A stretch of 64,000 nt of DNA from Gemmatimonadota bacterium (lineage in GTDB: Bacteria; Gemmatimonadota; Gemmatimonadetes; JACCXV01; JAHWKZ01): assembly GCA_035708865.1 (NCBI GenBank), contig DASTFF010000001.1:4333-68332 (forward strand), given 5' to 3'. The translations under genes were made by a program, and so were the position numbers. Below the pieces are notes generated by a model. That model searched no databases, was not told the DNA's origin, and saw only the letters and a list, made by a program, of their open reading frames with translations. Each line of letters opens with the position of its first letter. The first letter of the stretch is position 1. This document shows, piece after piece, positions 1 through 8,723 of the stretch.

Positions 1-683
1 AGGCTCGTCTTCCCGGTGCTCGGACGGCCGGCCACGATGATCAAATCGCCGAGCTGGAACCCGGCCGTGTAGTTGTCCAGGTCCGTGAGGCCCGTCGGCG
101 CGCCGGTGATCTTTTCCTTGCGTGAGGACAGCGATTCGAGCTGATTGATGGCGCCGTGCAGGAGCTGGCTGATGGGCATGAACGACTTCTTGAAACGATG
201 CTCCGACAGGCCGAAGATCCGGGCCTCGGCCCGGTTGAGCAGATCGTCGGCATCGTCGGGCGACTCGAAGGCCTCGGATACGATCTCGGTGCCCGCCGAG
301 ATGAGCCGTCTCTTGATCGCCAGGTCGAGCACGATCTTGACGTGGTACTTCAGGTTGGCCGCGGTGGGGACGATGTCGACGATGCGGGCCAGGTACTCGG
401 CCCCGCCAGCCTCGTCGAGCAGTCCCATCCGTCTCAGCTCCTCGCGCACCGCGAGCGCGTCGGACGCGTGACCCTGGTCCCGTATGCTGACGACGGCGCG
501 GAAGATGTGGCGATGGGCGGGCTGATGGAAGTCGTCCTCGGAGAGGGTCTCCATCGCCTCGTCGGCGGCCGTCTCCTCCAGCAGCATCGCCCCCAGCACC
601 GAGATCTCCGCCTCGTCGGAATGGGGGGGCACCCGGAACGCCTGGCGACTTCGTGATGGCTGGGCTACCAGCGTGTCATCCAT
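1..683 (-). CDS. dnaB: Replicative DNA helicase DnaB, N-terminal ~227 aa (3' end lies beyond window start)
   Basis: Minus-strand translation from ATG at 681-683 gives MDDTLVAQ..FRVPPHSDEAEISVLGAMLL..QLGDLIIVAGRPSTGKTS (DnaB N-domain, linker and Walker A). Absent from the ORF track because it runs off the window edge. Confidence 0.85.
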   Translation of the reverse strand, partial: MDDTLVAQPSRSRQAFRVPPHSDEAEISVLGAMLLEETAADEAMETLSEDDFHQPAHRHIFRAVVSIRDQGHASDALAVREELRRMGLLDEAGGAEYLARIVDIVPTAANLKYHVKIVLDLAIKRRLISAGTEIVSEAFESPDDADDLLNRAEARIFGLSEHRFKKSFMPISQLLHGAINQLESLSSRKEKITGAPTGLTDLDNYTAGFQLGDLIIVAGRPSTGKTS

Positions 684-701
684 CGGCTTTCCCTCTCGGC
701 T

Positions 702-1433
702 TCATGGCTCGGCCCGCTCGTCGTAGACGCGCCGGGCGAGCTGGACGTCCTCCCAGGTGGGGCGCTTGAGCTGGGGGTTGCGAAGCAGCGCCGCAGGGTG
801 GTAGGTGGCGACCAGCGGGACCCCCCGGAACTCGAACACACGCCCGCGCAGCGCGGCCATCGCGCCGTCCACGCCGAGCAAGGTCCGCGCCGCGTGCCGC
901 CCGAGGGTAAGGATCACGAGGGGGCGAACCAGCTCGATCTGGCGCTCCAGGTACGGCAGGCAGGCCTGGACCTGGTGCGGGGCCGGGTCCGCGTTCCCCG
1001 GCGGCCGGCTCTTTAGGATGTTGGTGATGAAGACCTCTTCCCGGTTGAGCCCGATCGCTTCCAGGATCTTGGTCAGCAGCTGCCCGGCCCGGCCGACGAA
1101 CGCCTCACCCTGCTGGTCCTCGTGAAAGCCCGGCGCCTCTCCCACGACCATGAACCTGGACACGGGGGTCCCGCTGCCGAAGACCCCCTGGGTGCGGGTC
1201 CGATGGAGCTCGCAGCGCGTGCACGCCAGGACTTCGCGCCGAAGGTCCTCCCAGGCCGCCGCGTCGAACTCGCCGGCCGCCGCGTCCGCCGTCGGCCCCT
1301 CGACGGTCCCGGGCGACGCCTCCTCGGGCTCGGCTCCACCTTCGCTTCCCGGGACCCGGTACAGGAAGCGCTCGCCGAGCAAGTGCGCGTGGACGAGCCG
1401 GCGCCGGGCCTCCTCGCGATCGCCCCCGGTCAC
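702..1433 (-). CDS. Uracil-DNA glycosylase, family 4 (4Fe-4S type)
   Basis: C..C cluster followed by the motif GEAPGFHEDQQGEAFVGRAGQLL. The N-terminal ~60 aa of the track ORF are low-complexity and overlap coaBC. Start assigned to a GTG that overlaps the coaBC TGA stop (GTGA). Confidence 0.8.
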   Translation of the reverse strand: MTGGDREEARRRLVHAHLLGERFLYRVPGSEGGAEPEEASPGTVEGPTADAAAGEFDAAAWEDLRREVLACTRCELHRTRTQGVFGSGTPVSRFMVVGEAPGFHEDQQGEAFVGRAGQLLTKILEAIGLNREEVFITNILKSRPPGNADPAPHQVQACLPYLERQIELVRPLVILTLGRHAARTLLGVDGAMAALRGRVFEFRGVPLVATYHPAALLRNPQLKRPTWEDVQLARRVYDERAEP

Positions 1434-2683
1434 CGGACCGGGCTGGCCGCGCCCGCGCGCTCCACGACCTCGCGGAGCAGGCGCTCGGCGAGGGCTTCCT
1501 TGGGCATCCGCTCGAAGCGCATCCGCAGGCCCTCGGAACCCAGCAGCGTCACGGCGTTGGTCTCGTGGGCGAATCCCGCCCCCTCCTCCAGCGGGTTGTT
1601 CACCACCATGAAGTCGCAACCCTTGGCGATCCGCTTCTCTTCCGCGCGACGCTCAGGCTCGTCGGTCTCGACCGCGAAGCCGACGACGACCGTGCCCGGC
1701 TCCCGCTCGACGGCGGCACGGGCGAGGATGTCGGGAGTCGGCTCGAGGCTAAGGATACCATTCCACTCCGACTTCTTGATCTTGTGCGCCGACTTCCGCG
1801 GCGGCCGCCAATCGGTGACGGCGGCTGTCATCCAGAGCTGGGCCGCCCCCGGCAGGGCCTCGAGGACGGCCTCGGACATCTCCTCGGCGGTCCGGACCGC
1901 CCCCGCGGTCATGTAGGGAGGCAAATCGATGCCGGCGGGTCCGTGGATCAACGTGACCTCGGCGCCGTGCCGCCAGGCGGCCCGCGCCACCGCGAACCCC
2001 ATCCGGCCGGTCGAACGATTGGTCAGGATACGGGCCGGGTCGATGTCGGCCTCGGTCCGGCCCGCGGTCACCACGACCCGCCGGCCGGCGAGGGCCCCGC
2101 TCCCGTTCAGCAGCCGATCCGCAGCGGCCAGGATGGGCGCGTTCCCGGGCCAGCGGCCGACGCCGAACTCGCCGCACGCCAGCGGGCCCTCGTCAGGGGT
2201 CACCAGCCACGCGCCCCGCTCCCGCAGGAGGGCCCGGTTGGCGGCCACCGCGGGGTGGGCGTACATGGTCGCGTTCATGGAGGGCACGAAGACGACCGGG
2301 GTCCGGCCCGGATCCACGGCCAGCAACGTCGTGCTGAGGAGGTCATCGGCCAGGCCGGTGGCGGCCTTGGCCAGGATGCTGGCGGTGGCGGGCGCCACCA
2401 GGACGAGGTCGACGCCGCGCGCGAAGTCCAGGTGGGGAAAGCGGGCGTACTCCTCGTCGTCCGCCCCCGCCGGCCAGTCGGTCCACAGCTCGCTGGCGGC
2501 CCGCTCGCCCGACAGGGCCTCGAACAGAGCCGGCCGCACGAGCTCGGCGGCGGACCTGGTGAGAACGATCCTCACGCGCGCGCCCGCCCGCTGCAGGTCG
2601 CGCATCAGGTCGACGGCCTTGTAGCACGCGATCCCCGACGTCACGCCGAGCGTGACGACGCGACCGGCGAGCAGGTCGCTCAC
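1430..2683 (-). CDS. coaBC: Bifunctional phosphopantothenoylcysteine decarboxylase / phosphopantothenate-cysteine ligase CoaBC
   Basis: Flavoprotein motif GVTSGIACYKA and a CoaB domain ending in a KIKK-type motif. The track ORF start (2773) overlaps rpoZ. Start placed at an in-frame GTG (2683) that overlaps the rpoZ TGA (GTGA). Confidence 0.85.
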   Translation of the reverse strand: MSDLLAGRVVTLGVTSGIACYKAVDLMRDLQRAGARVRIVLTRSAAELVRPALFEALSGERAASELWTDWPAGADDEEYARFPHLDFARGVDLVLVAPATASILAKAATGLADDLLSTTLLAVDPGRTPVVFVPSMNATMYAHPAVAANRALLRERGAWLVTPDEGPLACGEFGVGRWPGNAPILAAADRLLNGSGALAGRRVVVTAGRTEADIDPARILTNRSTGRMGFAVARAAWRHGAEVTLIHGPAGIDLPPYMTAGAVRTAEEMSEAVLEALPGAAQLWMTAAVTDWRPPRKSAHKIKKSEWNGILSLEPTPDILARAAVEREPGTVVVGFAVETDEPERRAEEKRIAKGCDFMVVNNPLEEGAGFAHETNAVTLLGSEGLRMRFERMPKEALAERLLREVVERAGAASPVR

Positions 2684-2898
2684 GAGGCGGGGGCCCGCTT
2701 GTCGACGATATCGTACTCGATCCTGCCCGCCACCAGGTCCTCGAGGGAGCGGGTCGTGTACTTCTTTTTCCATTCCTTGCCGCCTTCCTTGGGCAGCTCG
2801 TTGAGCTTGCGCGCGTAGGCGGCGGTCACGACGAGCGCCTCGTACTTGTTGCTGTCGGGCGTCGCCACGGCGATCTGTCCGGGTGTGAATACCTTCAT
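2680..2898 (-). CDS. rpoZ: DNA-directed RNA polymerase omega subunit (RpoZ-like)
   Basis: 72-aa ORF with NKYEALVVTAAYARKL, matching the RpoZ core N(R/K)(F/Y)xLVxxAAxRARQL. It sits in the conserved gmk-rpoZ-coaBC position. Confidence 0.55.
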   Translation of the reverse strand: MKVFTPGQIAVATPDSNKYEALVVTAAYARKLNELPKEGGKEWKKKYTTRSLEDLVAGRIEYDIVDKRAPAS

Positions 2899-2917
2899 GA
2901 GTGTCCTCCTTGACGTT

Positions 2918-3586
2918 TTATCGTGTTCCCCGCTTCAAGCCCGCCGTGCGGGAAAAGTGCTGGTCGATCCAGGCTTCCAGGTCCTCCATCCGCGAGCGGC
3001 GGTGCTCCTCGGCGTGGATGATGTGCGCGAACGTATCGACGGTGTCGTCCAGCTCGCGGTTCACGACGACGTAGTCGTAGCGTCTCACCGCGTCGATCTC
3101 CCCGACCGCGTCTTCGAGCCGGCGGGCGATGGCGGCCGCCGACTCCGTCCCCCGGCCGCGCAGGCGTGCCTCCATGGCCGCGTGGGACGGCGGCAGGAGG
3201 AAGATCGAAACGGCCTCGGGGTAGAGATCCAGCAGGCTCGCTCCTCCCTGGACGTCCACGTCCAGCAGCACGTGGTGACCAGCGCCGAGCGCCGACTCGA
3301 TGTCGGCCTTCGGGGTGCCGTACAGATGGCCGTGGACGACCGCCCACTCGGCCAGCTCCCCGGCGTCCCGGGCGCGTTCGAACTCCACCTCGTCCACGAA
3401 ACGGTAGTCCGAGTCGTCGATCTCGCCCGGCCGCGGTCCTCGCGTGGTCAACGAGACCGCGAACCGGATGTACGGGAAGCGCTGGAAGATCTCCCTGGCG
3501 ACCGTGGTCTTCCCGGTCCCGCTGGGCGCCGACAGCACGATCGGGAACGGGACCATCCGGGGAAGCGGCGTCGCATCACCGGTCAT
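2918..3586 (-). CDS. gmk: Guanylate kinase
   Basis: P-loop SAPSGTGKTT plus the guanylate kinase core. ATG at 3586 overlaps the yicC TGA (ATGA); an alternative internal start is M11. Confidence 0.9.
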   Translation of the reverse strand: MTGDATPLPRMVPFPIVLSAPSGTGKTTVAREIFQRFPYIRFAVSLTTRGPRPGEIDDSDYRFVDEVEFERARDAGELAEWAVVHGHLYGTPKADIESALGAGHHVLLDVDVQGGASLLDLYPEAVSIFLLPPSHAAMEARLRGRGTESAAAIARRLEDAVGEIDAVRRYDYVVVNRELDDTVDTFAHIIHAEEHRRSRMEDLEAWIDQHFSRTAGLKRGTR

Positions 3587-4476
3587 TCCACGTTCTCCGC
3601 CTGCTCGCGCATCTTCTCGAGCTCGGCCTTCATCTCGATCGCCAGGCGCTGCATCTCGGCGTCGTTGGATTTCGACCCGATCGTGTTGGCTTCCCGTCCG
3701 AGCTCCTGCAGGAGGAACGTCAACTTCCTTCCCACCGCCTCGCCGGTGGCCTGCAGCTCCGACTCGAAATGGTCGAGATGGGCCGCCATCCGAGTCAGCT
3801 CCTCGGAGATGTCCAGGCGATCGGCGAGGAGGACGATCTCCTGCGCCACACGCTGATCCACCACCGCGTCATCGTCGATTTCGACGAGGGTCCGGACCTT
3901 GGCCTGCAGACGCTCGCGCTCGCGCTCCTCCCGTTGCGGCGCCAGCGCCGCGACCCCGTCCCGGAGCTCGCGCAGCCGTGCCAGGCGGGAGGAGAAATCG
4001 GCCGCCAACGCTTCGCCTTCCGTGCTGCGGCTCGCCACGACGCCGTCCAGCGCCGTATCGAGCGCGCGCCCCGCGCCGTCCCGGAAGGTCGCCTCCTCGA
4101 TCACCGTGTCGGCCTCCCAGACGAGGACGCCCGGCAGGCCCAGGAGCGCCTCGACCGTGACCCCGCTCCGCACGCCCGGGAGACCTTCCAGGCCGGCCGC
4201 GATTCCGAGCAGCCGGTCCAGCACGTCCCGGTTCAGACGCGGCGGCCGTCCGTCCGCCCGCTCCGCGGGCTCGACCTCCACGCTCACGGACAGATGCCCG
4301 CGCTCGCAGCGGGCCGCGCAACGCGCCGCCACGAAGCTCTCCAGGTGCGAGAACTCGCGCGGAAGCCGGATGTGGGTGTTGAGGAACCGGTGATTGACCG
4401 ATTTGATCTCGGCGAGAAACCGGTAGCCCCCGGCCTCCACCTCGCCGCGGCCATAGCCCGTCATGCTGCGGATCAT
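3583..4476 (-). CDS. yicC: YicC family stress-induced protein (YicC_N/DUF1732)
   Basis: Canonical N-terminus MIRSMTGYGRGE at the internal M18 of the track ORF; the first 17 aa of the track ORF are rejected. Confidence 0.8.
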   Translation of the reverse strand: MIRSMTGYGRGEVEAGGYRFLAEIKSVNHRFLNTHIRLPREFSHLESFVAARCAARCERGHLSVSVEVEPAERADGRPPRLNRDVLDRLLGIAAGLEGLPGVRSGVTVEALLGLPGVLVWEADTVIEEATFRDGAGRALDTALDGVVASRSTEGEALAADFSSRLARLRELRDGVAALAPQREERERERLQAKVRTLVEIDDDAVVDQRVAQEIVLLADRLDISEELTRMAAHLDHFESELQATGEAVGRKLTFLLQELGREANTIGSKSNDAEMQRLAIEMKAELEKMREQAENVE

Positions 4477-4552
4477 TCGCTCCTCCCGCAGCCATTGGAA
4501 TGTATCCGTGAACGCGATCGCCCGCAACGACGGCGGCGCGCCGGATCCGGCC

Positions 4553-4948
4553 TCACACGCGGCGCTCCAGCTCGCCCGGCAGGAGCTGGGAAATCGCCGA
4601 CAGCCCGCTCCGGACCGCCCGGATCAAGTCCACGTTGCCTTCCCAGTGCTCGAGGACGATCGACTCGTCGATCCGGTTGAGAAGGCTGTGCATGGCGAGC
4701 AGGACGACCACCACGTCGTCGACCTGCCCGAGACCCGGGACGAAGTCGGGGACGACGTCCAGCGGCGAGACGAGGTAGAGGAGCGTTCCCCCGACGACGA
4801 GCTTGCTGCGGCGCGGAACGCGGGGGTCGCCGATCAACCGCTTGAGCAGGAGCGCGAAGTGCGGCAGGAAGAGCGCCAGGTCGCGCAGGACCCGCCCGGC
4901 CCGGGAACCCTCCGGCAAGGCCTTGTCGGCCGGCTCCAGCTCACGCAT
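4553..4948 (-). CDS. DUF1232/YkvA-family small membrane protein
   Basis: Hydrophobic 131-aa product. ATG at 4948 lies 5 nt after the larB stop (4941-4943). The upstream part of the track ORF is low-complexity. Confidence 0.5.
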   Translation of the reverse strand: MRELEPADKALPEGSRAGRVLRDLALFLPHFALLLKRLIGDPRVPRRSKLVVGGTLLYLVSPLDVVPDFVPGLGQVDDVVVVLLAMHSLLNRIDESIVLEHWEGNVDLIRAVRSGLSAISQLLPGELERRV

Positions 4949-5738
4949 CGAGCCCCCCCGCCGCGCGCTCCATGCCGTCCTCGACCTCGCGACGGCCGGA
5001 GGCGCTGGCGCGCGCCGCCGCCACCCCGGCCCCGAACCCGTTGTCGATGTTGACGACCACGACCCCGGGCGCACACGAATTCAGCATGGTGAGCAGGGCG
5101 GCCAGGCCCTGGAACGAAGCCCCGTATCCGACCGAGGTCGGCACCGCGATCACCGGCCCGCGGGCCAACCCGCCAACGACCGAAGCCAGCGCGCCGTCCA
5201 TGCCCGCGACCACCACCACCGCCGCGGCGGCGGCGATGCCCGCGGCGCGCTCGAGGATGCGGTCGATCCCCGCGACGCCGACGTCGATCGCGGTTTCGAC
5301 CGGCCGCCCGAACATGCGCAGGGTCTCGAGCGCCTCCTCGGCCACCGGCTGATCGCCGGTTCCGGCCGTGATCACCAGGACCGGCCCGCCGGTCGGACGT
5401 TCCGGACGTCCGGCGGAGACCGTCCGCGCGATCGGGTTGTGGACGGCCCCGGGGACGGCGGCGGCGATCGCCGCGGCGTGGTCGACTTCGGCCCGGGTGG
5501 CGAGCAGCCGGCCCGACCGGCGCCAGATCCGCTCGGCGATGGCGGCCGCCTGGAGCGGCGTCTTCCCCTCGCAGAAGACGACCTCGGGAAGCCCCGTCCG
5601 CTCCTCCCGACGGTGGTCGATGGTGGCGAACGGGAGCCGCTCGTGCGGCCAGCCGGAAAGCCGCCGGCACGCCTCGTCGAGGTCGAGCTCGCCGCTCTCC
5701 AGGGCCAACAGCGTGGTGCGCAGGTAAGAGTCCGCCAT
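4941..5738 (-). CDS. larB: LarB-like PurE-related protein (nickel-pincer cofactor biosynthesis family, COG1691)
   Basis: VAGMDGALASVVGG..VPTSVGYGAS..GLAALLTMLNSCAPGVVVVNIDNGFGAG, typical of LarB/PurE-like proteins. ATG at 5738 (MADSYLRT..); the upstream 81 codons of the track ORF are rejected. Confidence 0.65.
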   Translation of the reverse strand: MADSYLRTTLLALESGELDLDEACRRLSGWPHERLPFATIDHRREERTGLPEVVFCEGKTPLQAAAIAERIWRRSGRLLATRAEVDHAAAIAAAVPGAVHNPIARTVSAGRPERPTGGPVLVITAGTGDQPVAEEALETLRMFGRPVETAIDVGVAGIDRILERAAGIAAAAAVVVVAGMDGALASVVGGLARGPVIAVPTSVGYGASFQGLAALLTMLNSCAPGVVVVNIDNGFGAGVAAARASASGRREVEDGMERAAGGLDA

Positions 5739-5808
5739 TAGGTTGAGTCTATCGCGCCGCGAGATCGAGTTCCACATCCGACCGCACGGCATTCCAAGGG
5801 AGATGACG

Positions 5809-6540
5809 ATGGCGCGCTGGGAGACGCCGCCGGGGAGGCCCCGGCTGGCCAAGGACGAGGTCCACGTCTGGCGGATCTCGCTGCCCTCGATCGAGCCGCG
5901 CCGGGCGTGGGAGACCCTCTCCGACGAGGAGCGACGGCGGGCGGCGCGGCATCGCTTCGCCGTCCACAGGAGCCGCTTCATCGCCGGCCGGGCCGCCCTG
6001 CGTGCGGTGCTGTCCGCCTACCTCGACGTCGACGCCGCCGACGTACCGCTTGTAACCGGGGCCGGCGGAAGACCGCGCCTGGCCGGCGATCCGGACCTCG
6101 ACTTCAACCTGGCCCACTCCGGGGACGTCGCGTTGATCGCGGTGGCACGCGGGCGGGCGGTGGGGATCGACGTCGAGCGCCTGCGGCGCGGGGTCCCCTA
6201 CGATCGGCTGGCCCGACGCTTCTTCGCGCCGCGCGAGGCCGAGGACCTGCGGCGCGTTCCGGCCGCGCTCAGGCCGGCGGCCTTCTTCGCCTGCTGGACG
6301 CGGAAGGAAGCCTGGCTCAAGGCCTCCGGATACGGCCTAGAGCGGGGCCTTCCGTCGGCCCTTCCGCGCTTCGCGGTCCCGGTCGAGCCCCGCCTGCCGG
6401 CTCTCGCGGTCACGCTGCCCGACCGGCCGGAGGAGAGCGCCCGCTGGACCCTGGTCGACGTGGGCGTGGGCTCGGGCTATGCCGGGGCGCTGGCCGTCGA
6501 AGGACCCCTGCAGGCCCGGTTCTACCTTTGGGCGTCCTGA
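5809..6540 (+). CDS. 4'-phosphopantetheinyl transferase (Sfp/EntD type)
   Basis: GIDVERL..FFACWTRKEAWLKASG motifs. ATG at 5809 has an AAGGGAG box 7 nt upstream. Divergent from larB. Confidence 0.7.
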   Translation: MARWETPPGRPRLAKDEVHVWRISLPSIEPRRAWETLSDEERRRAARHRFAVHRSRFIAGRAALRAVLSAYLDVDAADVPLVTGAGGRPRLAGDPDLDFNLAHSGDVALIAVARGRAVGIDVERLRRGVPYDRLARRFFAPREAEDLRRVPAALRPAAFFACWTRKEAWLKASGYGLERGLPSALPRFAVPVEPRLPALAVTLPDRPEESARWTLVDVGVGSGYAGALAVEGPLQARFYLWAS

Positions 6541-7817
6541 GCCCTGCGGCTCGTCGCCCAGCGGTCCTCCTCGTCGGCGCCCTGGCCCTGACCGCCGCGG
6601 CACCCGAGGCGCGGGCCCAGGAGCGCCGGCCGTCCGAACCGATCCCCCTGGGAGAGCCGGCCGAGCCCGGGCCGGCTCCGCTCCCCGGGGTCGACGGGCC
6701 GGTGGCGGCGCTTCCCGAAGCCGAGGAGGCGGGCCAGGCCTGGCCGTGGCTGGTCGACCTGCACGGCGTCTACGGCGTCACGCTCGCGCGCTACAATCGC
6801 GTCCACGGCCTCGTCCCCGCCTGGGGGCTGGATCTCGAGCCGGTCGATCCGGCGCGGACCCCGGCCCTGGGGGGCGAGTACGGGCGTTCGACCACCCATT
6901 CACGGGGCCTGTGGAACGTCTGGCTCGAGCAGCGGCTCCCGCTGCCCGGCGAGGTCCGGCTCCGTTTCGAGCACTTCCAGCGGACGGCCACCTTCGACGG
7001 CTGGAAGATCACCGAGCGCGAGAACGACATGGCCAGCTTCCTGACGGGATCCGACCTGATGGACTGGTGGCGGGAAAAGGGATACCGGATCGAGCTCCAC
7101 GGGGAGACCGTCGACGCCCGGCTCTCCGGCAGGATCTCCCTGCTGGACGCCAGCCAGCACTCGGAGCGTAACCGGTCGCCGTTCGTCCTCTTCGGCGGCG
7201 ACGATGACTTCCGGCCCAATCCGGAGATCGGGGGCGGCGACCTGCGGAGCGTGACGGTGGGGGGCCGCCTCGACACCCGCGATATCCAGAGCCCGCTCCT
7301 GCCGTCCCCGGGATGGCGCCTCGAAGTCGAGGTCGAGGGGGCCGGCGGGCCGCTCGGCGCGGACCTGGACTTCGTGCGCGGGTTCGTCGATCTGCGACGC
7401 TATACGCGGCTGGGAGGCGACGTGTGGTGGGATGCCAGGCTCGTCTGGCTGGGCCCGCTGGACGGAGACGGCGTGCCCCCGCAGCGCAAGGCGGCGCTGG
7501 GCGGCCCGGGCTCGCTGCGGGGTTTTCCCGCCGGCCGCTTCGTGGGCGAAGAGGCGCTCCAGGCCTCCACCGAGGCGCGCTTCCCGCTGCCCCTGTTCCG
7601 GCCGCTCGACGCCCTGTTTCTCTCCTGGCACCTGGTCGGCTTCGCCGACGCGGCGGCCATCGACGACTACGACCGGTGGCACGCCGACGTAGGGGCTGGC
7701 GTATCGGGCATCAATCTCTTTTCTTATGTCGGCTTCTTCGTGGCGCAGCGGGTAACCGACACGGGTGAGCCGGACGACGGCCCGCGCTTCCTGGTCCGCT
7801 TGCGGCGCGATTTCTGA
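6528..7817 (+). CDS. Omp85/bacterial-surface-antigen family outer-membrane beta-barrel protein (no POTRA detected)
   Basis: Signal peptide (M)GVLSPAARRPAVLLVGALALTAAAPEARA after a TTG at 6528. Omp85 C-terminal signature LGGPGSLRGF..EARFPL, and the C-terminus ends in an aromatic F. The first ~207 codons of track ORF 5907..7817 overlap the PPTase and are rejected. Confidence 0.5.
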   Translation: MGVLSPAARRPAVLLVGALALTAAAPEARAQERRPSEPIPLGEPAEPGPAPLPGVDGPVAALPEAEEAGQAWPWLVDLHGVYGVTLARYNRVHGLVPAWGLDLEPVDPARTPALGGEYGRSTTHSRGLWNVWLEQRLPLPGEVRLRFEHFQRTATFDGWKITERENDMASFLTGSDLMDWWREKGYRIELHGETVDARLSGRISLLDASQHSERNRSPFVLFGGDDDFRPNPEIGGGDLRSVTVGGRLDTRDIQSPLLPSPGWRLEVEVEGAGGPLGADLDFVRGFVDLRRYTRLGGDVWWDARLVWLGPLDGDGVPPQRKAALGGPGSLRGFPAGRFVGEEALQASTEARFPLPLFRPLDALFLSWHLVGFADAAAIDDYDRWHADVGAGVSGINLFSYVGFFVAQRVTDTGEPDDGPRFLVRLRRDF

Positions 7818-7923
7818 TGGTTCGTGGAGCGGGGCTGCCGGCATGGCATGGAAATGGTAGCGTCCCCCTCGTCCGACAGGGGCCGCTGGCTCCGACATCT
7901 CCCGAATGGAGGATGAATCCCAC

Positions 7924-8376
7924 ATGAAGCTGGTCGAATTCCTGTCGCGCGACGAAGTGTCGCTCGATCTCCAGGACAGGACCAAGGACGAGGCGCTGCG
8001 CGAGATGGTCGAGCTCCTGCGTCTGGACGAGAGCTCCACCGAGAGCCTGTTCAAGCTGCTCCGGAAACGGGAGAACCTGGGCTCGACGGGCATTGGCAAG
8101 CACGTCGCCATCCCCCACTGCCGGTCGCTCGTGGTCGACCGGTTGCGCGTGGCGTACGGACGCAGCTCAAAGGGAATCGAGTTCGACGCCATCGACGACA
8201 AGCCGGTGAACCACATCTTCCTCATCGTGGCCCCGCCCGTCGAGATCTCCAATCAGTATCTGCCTGTGCTGGGAAAGATCGCGCAGTTCTGCAAGGACCC
8301 ACAGAACCTTGCGCGGCTGGACGAGGTCCAGACCATCGACGAGTTCTTCGACGCCGTCGAGCGGTCGGCCAGCTGA
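7924..8376 (+). CDS. ptsN: PTS EIIA type-2 domain protein (PtsN / EIIA-Ntr-like)
   Basis: Active-site region GIGKHVAIPHCRS in an EIIA_2 fold of 150 aa. GGAGGA box 10 nt upstream of the ATG at 7924. Local GC is lower than the surroundings. Confidence 0.7.
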   Translation: MKLVEFLSRDEVSLDLQDRTKDEALREMVELLRLDESSTESLFKLLRKRENLGSTGIGKHVAIPHCRSLVVDRLRVAYGRSSKGIEFDAIDDKPVNHIFLIVAPPVEISNQYLPVLGKIAQFCKDPQNLARLDEVQTIDEFFDAVERSAS

Positions 8377-8390
8377 ACGAGGAGGACGCC

Positions 8391-8723
8391 CTGGATATCG
8401 GAATCGAGCTGCTGATCGCGCTTCAGGACCTGCTTCAGCTCAAGCGGGACCTGCAGGACAAGAGCTACGAGATGATCGGGTTCGAGACGGGTGGCGAGTC
8501 GGTCATCGATGCGGAGATCGAAAGCCTGCGCGGAGAGATCGACCGCCCCCTGCTGCGCCGCTTCGATCGTATCGCGACCAAGTACGACCGGCCTCTCGTG
8601 CCGGTGCGGAACGGCGTCTGCTACGGCTGCTTCGTCCAGTACCCGACCGCCAAGATTGCGGGGCTCGGCGCCACGCCGACGACCTGCGAGAGCTGCGGCC
8701 GGCTGCTCTACCGCATTCCCTGA
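8391..8723 (+). CDS. Small C4 zinc-ribbon protein (zf-RING_7/COG1579 C-terminal domain type); start uncertain
   Basis: C-terminus CYGCFVQYP..CESCGRLLYRIP matches the zf-RING_7 ending CxxC..CxxCGRILY. A strong GAGGAGGA SD directly follows the ptsN stop, but the first in-frame canonical start is an ATG at 8472 (83 aa). Possible CTG (8391) or ATC (8397) initiation. Confidence 0.45.
   Translation: MDIGIELLIALQDLLQLKRDLQDKSYEMIGFETGGESVIDAEIESLRGEIDRPLLRRFDRIATKYDRPLVPVRNGVCYGCFVQYPTAKIAGLGATPTTCESCGRLLYRIP

Noticed and set aside
1565-2818. 417-aa plus-strand ORF antisense to coaBC, with a similar 264-aa ORF at 1122..1916
   Set aside because: Low-complexity G/R/P/A-rich translation typical of shadow ORFs in GC-rich DNA; the opposite strand encodes well-supported CoaBC and UDG.
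3166-4680. 504-aa plus-strand ORF and 238-aa ORF over gmk/yicC
   Set aside because: Arg/Pro/Gly-rich junk antisense to Gmk and YicC, which have clear family motifs.
5907-6527. First ~207 codons of track ORF 5907..7817
   Set aside because: Overlaps the PPTase gene in another frame and translates to poly-R/G sequence. The real protein begins at the signal peptide near 6528.
7818-7923. Hairpin cccct-cgtccgac-agggg after the Omp85-like gene as a terminator
   Set aside because: A 5-bp stem with no U-tract, followed immediately by the SD of the next gene. Weak evidence.
6900-8252. 450-aa minus-strand ORF
   Set aside because: Antisense to the Omp85-like and ptsN-like genes; composition is biased and no domain is evident.
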